Positions 57,297 to 64,000 of a DNA stretch of 64,000 bases are shown piece by piece. This stretch comes from an uncultured Gemmatimonadales bacterium (GTDB lineage Bacteria; Gemmatimonadota; Gemmatimonadetes; Longimicrobiales; RSA9). The notes under the pieces were generated by a model that was given only the letters and a program-made list of their open reading frames with translations, was not told the origin of the DNA and made no database searches. The stretch lies in contig CAWAMW010000017.1 of NCBI GenBank assembly GCA_963783305.1, positions 256,001-320,000 of the forward strand, in the 5' to 3' direction. The position numbers were made by a program, and so were the translations under genes. Each line of letters starts with the position of its first letter. The first letter of the stretch is position 1.

Positions 57297-57387
57297 CCTC
57301 GCCCCTCGCTTGGCTTGTCTCATGCGCCCATCATGCGGGGTGCGGTCGCGTGGCCGCAACGGCACATGAGGTTGGCCGGGAGGAAAG

Positions 57388-58509
57388 ATGCCGATGGGTG
57401 GGGAATTGGACTGGAAGCGCCTGGCGGAGCGAATCGCCATGCGTGCGGAGAAGCAGTTCGACCGGGGTCGGGCCCGGCTTCGACGTGCAGGCGACGGTGA
57501 CCGGCCCGCCCGGGTGGTCGGCTATCGCAGCTACGGGACGGGGAATATGGCCTACGTCCGTGGGCGGGTCCTCCTGGGAAGAGCGCCCGCGCCCGCCGCC
57601 GCCGAAGACTCCTGGTGGCTCAACCTGTCGAACGCGTTTCGGCGAATTCGATCGGAGGAAGTACCGGGCGCACGCGTGCGAGCACACCTCAACGGCGTCA
57701 GCGCAGAAGCGATCGCGGACGAGGAGGGGTACTTCACGGCGGAGATTCACGCAGCCACGCCTCTGGACAAGGGAGATTTCTGGCACGACGCCCGGGTGGA
57801 GTTGCTCGATCCACAGGGATCGGCGACGACCGTTCCCGTGAGCATCCCCCGCGACCCCGCGTTCGGCGTTATCAGCGACCTGGACGACACCGTGCTCCAG
57901 ACGGACGTCCGCAAAATCCTGCGCATGGGGAGGGAGGTCCTCTTCGGCAATGCCCACACGCGCATCCCGTTCCCCGGCGTGGGCGCCTTCTACCGGGCGC
58001 TGCACGACGGCGGCAACCCGCTTTTCTACGTGTCGAGCAGCCCCTGGAACCTCTACGACGTGCTCAGCCAGTTCCTCCACCTGCACCGTATCCCCGCCGG
58101 ACCCATGGACCTCCGGGACTGGGGCGTGGGACCCTCTCGCGGCATCGGCGGCCATCACGGGCACAAGCGCGCCGCCATCGACCGCATTCTCGCCACCTAT
58201 CCGCACCTGCCCTTCATTCTGGTGGGCGACAGCGGACAGGAGGACCCCGAAATCTATCGGAGCGTCGTTCACGACCACCCGGAGCGGGTGCTCGCCATCT
58301 ACATCAGGAGCGTAGTGCCCGATCGGGCACGGATCGAGGCGGTAGGGATGCTGGGCAAGGAACTCGCAGATCACGGGATCGACCTCGTCCTTGCTCAGGA
58401 TACCGTGGACGCCGCACGGCACGCTGCCGCCCGAGGCTGGATCCCCGCGGTCGCCGTCGAGAGCGTCGCCGTCGACCGGGCAAGGGAGCGGCACGAGTCC
58501 GAATCCTGA
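57388..58509 (+). CDS. App1-family phosphatidate phosphatase (DUF2183, HAD-like)
   Basis: 'SDLDDTV' (DxDxT), 'YVSSSPWNLY', 'HK', 'LVGDSGQEDPEIY'. Confidence 0.92.
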   Translation: MPMGGELDWKRLAERIAMRAEKQFDRGRARLRRAGDGDRPARVVGYRSYGTGNMAYVRGRVLLGRAPAPAAAEDSWWLNLSNAFRRIRSEEVPGARVRAHLNGVSAEAIADEEGYFTAEIHAATPLDKGDFWHDARVELLDPQGSATTVPVSIPRDPAFGVISDLDDTVLQTDVRKILRMGREVLFGNAHTRIPFPGVGAFYRALHDGGNPLFYVSSSPWNLYDVLSQFLHLHRIPAGPMDLRDWGVGPSRGIGGHHGHKRAAIDRILATYPHLPFILVGDSGQEDPEIYRSVVHDHPERVLAIYIRSVVPDRARIEAVGMLGKELADHGIDLVLAQDTVDAARHAAARGWIPAVAVESVAVDRARERHESES

Positions 58510-58562
58510 GGCTGTGGCACCGGCCGGGATCGCGCTCGGGCCGGATCATCGGTCGAAAAGGG

Positions 58563-58823
58563 CTATCGCTCCGCCGCCGACCCCCCCCTTCCCTCCAGCC
58601 GCGCCCGCAGCTCCGCCGCCAGTCGCTCCAGCTCCTCCGACCGCTGCTCCGCCAGCGTCGCCAGCTTCTCCAGGTTCTGGCGCCCAGGACGGCGACGTCC
58701 CGTGGCCCAGGAGTACAGCGCGGAGTAAGATACCCCCGCTTCGCGCGCCACATCTTCCATTCGGCCGGCAATCCCCTGCAGCAGATCACCCACAACCTCG
58801 GCCACCGTATCGTTGTCCGCCAC
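58563..58823 (-). CDS. small XRE-type helix-turn-helix protein (86 aa)
   Basis: GGAGGAG SD 8 nt before GTG; 'MEDVAREAGVSYSALYSWATGRRRP'; C-terminal coiled coil. Confidence 0.75.
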   Translation of the reverse strand: MADNDTVAEVVGDLLQGIAGRMEDVAREAGVSYSALYSWATGRRRPGRQNLEKLATLAEQRSEELERLAAELRARLEGRGGSAAER

Positions 58824-59023
58824 TGGTTTCGCTCCTCCGGGCTCGCCGGCCTCCGTTCTCACGTGCCGCCGTATGATCAACTCTCGTATCGGGTCCATTC
58901 TCGTCATCAATCGCGGCCGCCTACCATCGGGTCGACAGACCGAACGAATCTTGAGAGCAAGTTCCGTTCGCAACGGTCGGGCGGGGGCGGTGGAGAGGCA
59001 TTCCTGCATAACGGACCGCATAA

Positions 59024-59165
59024 CGGACCAGGTTCCATATTCCACATTCCGGGGGCGTACAGCGCTCAAGGTCCAGCACGCGGTGGAGCTGACTCACGGA
59101 CAAGCAGCGGAGAGCCGGCTGGAGATAGTGGAATGGGTCCAAAGTGGAATATGGAACCTGGTCCG
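59024..59165. mobile_element. 142-bp non-coding element with perfect 22-bp terminal inverted repeats (MITE/REP-doublet-like)
   Basis: CGGACCAGGTTCCATATTCCAC (59024-59045) and its exact reverse complement (59144-59165); mobility is inferred. Confidence 0.55.
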
Positions 59166-59185
59166 GGGATGCTCGATGGCGACAT

Positions 59186-59614
59186 TCACTCGCGCTCCAC
59201 AGGGCCCCGGAGCTTCTTGGTCCTGCCACGCTGCTTCTTCTTGCGGAGCCGCTTCTCGTTGGAGGAGCGGGTGCGACGGGTCGCCTTCCGCTTCTTGCGA
59301 GGCCGAAGTGCGTCCCGTACGAGGTCGGCGAGCCGGTCGGCGGCCACGTTCCGGTTACGATGCTGACTCCGATGGGTGTCCACAGTGACCTGGAGCACGC
59401 CCTCCTGGTCGATTCGGCCGGAGAGTCGCTCCAGGAGGACCTCACGGCGACCCTCGGAGAGGGATGGCGAGTTCCGGACGTTCCAGCGGAGCTGGATGCG
59501 GCTGGAGGTGGTGTTCGCGTGCTGTCCGCCAGGGCCACCGGAGCGTGACGCCTGGAAGTCCAACTCGGCGGCGGGAATGGAGAAGCGGTTGCTGATGGAA
59601 ATCGAGTCAGCCAT
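59186..59614 (-). CDS. arfB: alternative ribosome rescue peptidyl-tRNA hydrolase
   Basis: 'SRSGGPGGQH' (GGQ), 'RSQHRNR', basic C-terminal tail. Confidence 0.95.
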   Translation of the reverse strand: MADSISISNRFSIPAAELDFQASRSGGPGGQHANTTSSRIQLRWNVRNSPSLSEGRREVLLERLSGRIDQEGVLQVTVDTHRSQHRNRNVAADRLADLVRDALRPRKKRKATRRTRSSNEKRLRKKKQRGRTKKLRGPVERE

Positions 59615-59810
59615 GACGGAGGGGTTCAGAGGAGCGTTCTGCGGGAATGTACGAAACGTGCATGGTGTGGGAAGATCCCTGACATGTAAGTTTCCACCGT
59701 TGCCCGACAGACACGCTGCCGGGAGAGGTTCATCATTATCGGGGCGCTGCCCCCGTGCGCGTTCTGAGCGACCCAACTGGGCTCGACGCTTTCCAGAGGA
59801 GGCGATACAC

Positions 59811-61151
59811 ATGCCGGACCAGCTAACGATCACCGATCACAGGACCGGGAAGGAATACACCTCCCCGATCATTTACGGGACTTACCCGGAGTACGGTTCG
59901 GCTACGCCGGCACCGCCGCTGCGGCAGATCAAGACGTCCGAGGAGGATTTCGGGCTCCTGACCTACGACCCGGCGTTCAAGAACACCGCATCGTGCAAGA
60001 GCTCGATCACCTTCATCGACGGCGACAAGGGCATCCTGCGGTACCGCGGCATCCCCATCGAAGAGCTGGCCGAGCACAGCAACTACCTGGAATCGGCCTA
60101 CCTGACGCTGTTCGGCGAGTTGCCGACCACGGAGCAGTACGAGGCGTGGGAGCACGAGATCACGCACCACACCTTCACGCACGAGAACCTCAAGACGCTC
60201 ATCGACGGGTTCCACCACGACGCCCATCCCATGGGGATGTTCGTCAGCATGGTGGCGGCCCTCTCCACGTTCTATCCCGAGGCCCGCAGCATCCAGGACC
60301 CGGAGAACCGACTGAGGCAGATCGTGCGGCTCATCGCGAAGGTACCCACCATCGCGGCGTTCGCGTACCGGCACAGCAAGGGGCTGCCGTACGTCTACCC
60401 GGACAACGACCTGGGCTTCGCGGCGAACTTCCTGAACATGATGTTCAAGATCTCGCCCAAGTACCGGCCGGACCCGGTTCTCGAGAAGGTGATGGACACG
60501 CTGTTCATCCTCCATATCGACCACGAGCAGAACTGCAGCACGACCACGATGCGGACGGTGGGCAGCTCGCACGCCGATCCCTACGTCGCCCTCTCGGCCG
60601 CCGCGGCGGCGCTCTACGGCCCGCTCCACGGCGGCGCGAATGAGCGCGTGCTCCGCATGCTGAGCGAGATCGGCACCAAGGACCGGGTGCCGGAGTTCGT
60701 GCAGCGGGCGAAGGATGGCGAGTTCCGTCTCATGGGCTTCGGGCACCGCGTCTACAAGAACTACGATCCGCGGGCGAAGATCCTCCGCGAGCTGGCGCCG
60801 CAGGTGTTCGAGATCACGGGCAAGGACCCGCTCCTCGACCTGGCGGTGGAGCTCGAGCGGATCGCCCTGGAGGACGATTACTTCGTCTCCCGGAACCTGT
60901 ACCCGAACGTGGACTTCTATTCAGGGATCATCTACAAGGCCCTGGGCTTCCCGACGGACATGTTCCCGGTGCTGTTCGCGATTCCACGGACCGTTGGCTG
61001 GCTGGCGCAGTGGCAGGAGATGCTGATGGACTCCGACCAGGCGATCGCCCGGCCGCGTCAGATCTATACCGGCTACGACACCCGTCCCTACACGTCCGTG
61101 GAGGATAGGGACCGGACCCCAAAAGCGGCTGAGGTCATGGCCGGCGTCTGA
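59811..61151 (+). CDS. gltA: citrate synthase
   Basis: 'DHEQNCST', 'GPLHGGANE', 'MGFGHRVYK', 'PNVDFYSG'; GAGGAGG SD. Confidence 0.98.
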   Translation: MPDQLTITDHRTGKEYTSPIIYGTYPEYGSATPAPPLRQIKTSEEDFGLLTYDPAFKNTASCKSSITFIDGDKGILRYRGIPIEELAEHSNYLESAYLTLFGELPTTEQYEAWEHEITHHTFTHENLKTLIDGFHHDAHPMGMFVSMVAALSTFYPEARSIQDPENRLRQIVRLIAKVPTIAAFAYRHSKGLPYVYPDNDLGFAANFLNMMFKISPKYRPDPVLEKVMDTLFILHIDHEQNCSTTTMRTVGSSHADPYVALSAAAAALYGPLHGGANERVLRMLSEIGTKDRVPEFVQRAKDGEFRLMGFGHRVYKNYDPRAKILRELAPQVFEITGKDPLLDLAVELERIALEDDYFVSRNLYPNVDFYSGIIYKALGFPTDMFPVLFAIPRTVGWLAQWQEMLMDSDQAIARPRQIYTGYDTRPYTSVEDRDRTPKAAEVMAGV

Positions 61152-61182
61152 TTCGCCGGGCTGACCCCAGCCAAGATCCGGG

Positions 61183-61215
61183 AGGGGGCGCCGACTCGTC
61201 GGCGCCCCCTTTTCT
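61183..61215 (+). terminator. intrinsic terminator of gltA
   Basis: Stem AGGGGGCGCCGA/TCGGCGCCCCCT followed by TTTCT. Confidence 0.8.
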
Positions 61216-61246
61216 GTGCACACTCGGTGGGTCCGAGATTTCCTGC

Positions 61247-61447
61247 TCAGTTTCCCCGATGGCGGTTCAGCGCCATCAGCAGCCTGTCCGGCTCCAGCCC
61301 GTGCCGCTCCGCCGCCTCCCGGATGGGCAGCGGGCCACCACAGCACGCATCCAGACCGAACAGCTGGAAGATTCCAACCGTCTCCGGCCACGCCTTTATG
61401 GTCTCGTTGATCGTCATTTCCCCGAGAATCGCCTGTGTCGCTTCCAA
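61247..61447 (-). CDS. stand-alone DUF542 (ScdA/RIC N-terminal-like) domain protein
   Basis: 'PETVGIF..FGLDACCGG..I.EAA..HGL'; AGGA SD before TTG. Confidence 0.8.
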   Translation of the reverse strand: MEATQAILGEMTINETIKAWPETVGIFQLFGLDACCGGPLPIREAAERHGLEPDRLLMALNRHRGN

Positions 61448-61461
61448 TTCAGTTCCTCGCG

Positions 61462-61908
61462 TTACGCTGTGAATTCAGGACGGCCAGCCGCCCGGGCGCT
61501 CGCACGCACCGGGCCCAGGGTCGTCCAGATGTTGTAGATGAAAAGCGCCGCCCCGATCGCAGTGAGGCTCCCGCCCACCCCGAGCAGCGCGCCGCCAGCC
61601 GGTCGCACCCACACCCGCAGGATCCAGCCGGCCACCATGCCGGCCAGTCCGGCATTCGCGACCCACAGGTGCGCACCCGCCAGACGTCGGCTGGTGAGGG
61701 GCACCCCAGAGAACCGCGGAATTACGTGATACGCCACGCCGAAGATCATCATGCTGACGAATCCCAGCAGATGCGCGTGGGCGTGCGCCGGCCGGAATGC
61801 CAGCGTCTCCGCCGGCCACCACACCATGCTCAGTCCCAGCAGGATTCCGGTTCCGAACCAGACCAGACTGGACCGTATGAAGCCCCGGACGAACCACTCC
61901 ATCCCCAT
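61462..61908 (-). CDS. small 4-TM His-containing membrane protein (heme-copper oxidase subunit I-like fragment)
   Basis: 'AHAHAHLLGFVSMMIFGVAYHVIPRF'. Confidence 0.75.
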   Translation of the reverse strand: MGMEWFVRGFIRSSLVWFGTGILLGLSMVWWPAETLAFRPAHAHAHLLGFVSMMIFGVAYHVIPRFSGVPLTSRRLAGAHLWVANAGLAGMVAGWILRVWVRPAGGALLGVGGSLTAIGAALFIYNIWTTLGPVRASARAAGRPEFTA

Positions 61909-61937
61909 TCAGCTACCACTTTCCGGGAGTCTACCCG

Positions 61938-62393
61938 TCAGAACCGCTCGCCCTTCGCTTCCCGCTTGTGGCTGCCCACCGGTCGGATCCGCGTCCACAT
62001 CATCCAGAAATAGAAGAGCAGCCCTACGATCTGCCCCAACCCGCCCAGGACCACCACCCACGCCAGGAGCCTCGAGTCCACCCACGCCCGACCCGCCTCC
62101 GCCAGGAACCGGCTCAGCGTGGCGATGAAGAGGATCCAGTACGCCGCCGCGGCGCGCCCGGGCGAGTACCGCGTGTCGTCCTTCGCCGCCCGCGGAAACA
62201 GCCAGAGCGCCACACCCAGAATCAGGAACATGACGAAGCCGATGAGCACGGCGTGGGCGTGCGCGGACACCAGGTTCGGGTGGGGATAGCGCCCCAGAAG
62301 CTCCCGCTGCACCACCAGCCAGAACCCGAGCACCAGACCGACGGCCAGGAACCCGATGCCCGTCTTGATAAACCTGCGGACCAGCGTGTACAT
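61938..62393 (-). CDS. small 4-TM His-containing membrane protein, paralog of the neighbour
   Basis: 'AHAHAVLIGFVMFLILGVALWLFPR'; GAGGAG SD. Confidence 0.75.
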   Translation of the reverse strand: MYTLVRRFIKTGIGFLAVGLVLGFWLVVQRELLGRYPHPNLVSAHAHAVLIGFVMFLILGVALWLFPRAAKDDTRYSPGRAAAAYWILFIATLSRFLAEAGRAWVDSRLLAWVVVLGGLGQIVGLLFYFWMMWTRIRPVGSHKREAKGERF

Positions 62394-62405
62394 GTCTCGC
62401 TCTCC

Positions 62406-62957
62406 TCATTCGCGCAGCACCAGCTCCCGCCGGGCCGGATCGTACGAGACCAGAACGACCTGCCCCGGCGAAACGTCAACGGTTCGCCGTAACAGTAGTC
62501 GTTCCGGCACCGTTTCCGCCCAATTTCCCGCATTCTGGGCGGCGGAGTCCGGCGCCTCACCCATCCGGGAGAACTCCACCACGACCTCGTGGCGGCCAAC
62601 CGGCAGAGCGATCGACTCGAACACGTAGAGAGGGCGATCCCCCCGCGCACCTGCGCCTGCTACGGTGGAACGGAGCCGGAGCTCGCCGTTTACCCTCACG
62701 ACGAGGGCGTAGCTCGCCACGCGACCCTCGCAGACCACGTCCCGCCGCATGTGGATCGGCAGCGCTTCCTTCTCCTCCTCGGTGAGCCGCAGACACTCCT
62801 CCACCAGCGGCACCCGGGCCCGCCAGGCCAACCGCAGCGAAGGGTCCACCGCGGATTCCCGCGCGTACTCGAAGCGCGTCCCGGCTCCCACCGCGGCAAG
62901 GACCGCCAGCGCGAACGCCGCCCCCACGACCCCACGCACCATCCGAGCGCTCACCAC
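62406..62957 (-). CDS. membrane-anchored hypothetical protein
   Basis: N-terminal TM; 'C...LPIHMR...C' segment; overlaps the upstream gene end. Confidence 0.7.
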   Translation of the reverse strand: MVSARMVRGVVGAAFALAVLAAVGAGTRFEYARESAVDPSLRLAWRARVPLVEECLRLTEEEKEALPIHMRRDVVCEGRVASYALVVRVNGELRLRSTVAGAGARGDRPLYVFESIALPVGRHEVVVEFSRMGEAPDSAAQNAGNWAETVPERLLLRRTVDVSPGQVVLVSYDPARRELVLRE

Positions 62958-64000
62958 CGCCGCTCCCTCACCGCGGTCGCCTCACCGGCACTCGGGTCCT
63001 CCCCGCCGGGTCCCGGCGTATCGCATTCCGCGATCAGGTCGATATCAAGCTCCGCCTCCGCCACACTCTCGATCCGCGCCACAGCCCGCCGGAACGCCTC
63101 AAGCTGCGCCCGCAACTGCACCTCCTCGCCCCAGGCGCGGTTCACCAGCCGCACTCGCCGCCGGTCCACGCGCTCCTGCAGCTCCGCCTCGCGGTCATGG
63201 AAAAGACGCTGCTCCAGCCACTTCGATCCCTCCCGATTCCAGCAGTCCCGCTCAGGGCACGCCACCACCAGGACCCCGCCCGCCCCCGACCTCACCAGGT
63301 ACTCCACCACCGACGTGTGGAGATTGCCAGCGCACGTCACCAGGTACACTGCCGCGCCGGCCACCGTCGCGGCAGAACCTGTGGCGCTTCGATCGCACCC
63401 GATCACCACCACATCCCCACGCGTCGGCGACTCGCGAGCCACGAACGCTTTCACCTCCGCCATCTGATCCCGACCGGTACGGCCAGCCGGACCGACACCC
63501 ATGGGGGCACAGGAGCCGGCGCAGATGCCGCAGCTGACGCACAGATCGGGGTCGACGCGCGCCACCAGCGCCGAACGGCCGTCGTCTCCACCTCGCTGCA
63601 CCATGGCTATGGCCTCGTAGGGACAGTCCTCGTAGCACTGCTCGCACCCAGTGCACAGCCGCTCGTCCACGAACGACGGCGCCGGCGCCGATTCCGCCTT
63701 CGGACGGACCAGCCACGGCAACCCCAGGAGCGGCAGCGCCAGCGCTATGCCCCCGACCCACACCGACCCTGCGGGCAGACCCTCCGTCAGCGGCAGCCAG
63801 AAAGCATAGAAGAGATCCAGCTGGGCGCGGAGCGGCTGGCTCAGCAGCTCCGCCTCCCCTGTGATGGCCACCGGCCAGACCACCGACGCCCCCACGAGCA
63901 GCGCCAGCAGACCGTACCTCAGCCCCTTCGGCGGAAGCAGCGTCGGCCGCGCCACGCGCGACACGTGCAGCCACAGGACCAGTCCCATCCCCACCGGCAG
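62951..64000 (-). CDS. 3' part of a membrane protein fused to 2x[4Fe-4S] ferredoxin and MvhD/FlpD-like [2Fe-2S] domains (start outside the window)
   Basis: TM helices; 'CTGCEQCYEDCP', 'CVSCGICAGSC'; 'IGC...VTCAGNL...GAGGVLVVACPERDCWN'. Confidence 0.85.
   Translation of the reverse strand: MPVGMGLVLWLHVSRVARPTLLPPKGLRYGLLALLVGASVVWPVAITGEAELLSQPLRAQLDLFYAFWLPLTEGLPAGSVWVGGIALALPLLGLPWLVRPKAESAPAPSFVDERLCTGCEQCYEDCPYEAIAMVQRGGDDGRSALVARVDPDLCVSCGICAGSCAPMGVGPAGRTGRDQMAEVKAFVARESPTRGDVVVIGCDRSATGSAATVAGAAVYLVTCAGNLHTSVVEYLVRSGAGGVLVVACPERDCWNREGSKWLEQRLFHDREAELQERVDRRRVRLVNRAWGEEVQLRAQLEAFRRAVARIESVAEAELDIDLIAECDTPGPGGEDPSAGEATAVRERRW

Noticed and set aside
58563..59165. XRE gene plus inverted repeat as a toxin-antitoxin or prophage remnant
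   Set aside because: No toxin, integrase or phage gene nearby

Overview
64 kb of high-GC (about 70%) bacterial chromosome, densely coding. Gene content and style suggest a Gemmatimonadota-like organism (inference only). I saw no rRNA, tRNA, CRISPR array, transposase or prophage gene. Left part: a minus-strand run (SPFH, thiolase, LeuB-like dehydrogenase, cupredoxin and cytochrome c lipoproteins, zinc-ribbon and TPR proteins, orphan PBP2, NtrC-family and HD-GYP response regulators), a lone hydantoinase B, and a complete chemosensory operon (cheA-cheY-cheW-MCP-HEAT-cheR-cheB-hybrid kinase) whose receptor is unusually long (about 56 heptads). Middle: a TetR/TolC/HlyD/ABC (YbhGFSR-like) efflux operon, purE-purK-HD, and a five-gene operon of an NTT (ATP/ADP translocase-like)-HEAT-cNMP fusion, a two-component pair, a signal-peptide-bearing kinase-fold protein and a small unknown protein. 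Right part: BNR/VPS10-like hydrolase, MATE, dienelactone hydrolase, GGT, SDR, a second exported Fam20C/PI4K-like kinase, a membrane-anchored degenerate DEAD-box/cold-shock fusion, M14 peptidase, App1 phosphatase, arfB, gltA and the end of a redox cluster with a ferredoxin-MvhD fusion. Best candidate for an undescribed system: exported kinase-fold proteins genetically coupled to a nucleotide translocase, suggesting ATP-fuelled extracytoplasmic phosphorylation. Non-coding oddities: a 21-codon ORF behind a 12-nt perfect anti-16S match with a structured 3' region, a 142-bp element with perfect 22-bp inverted ends, and intergenic 6/7-mer arrays. All family calls come from motif recognition by eye; no database search was run.
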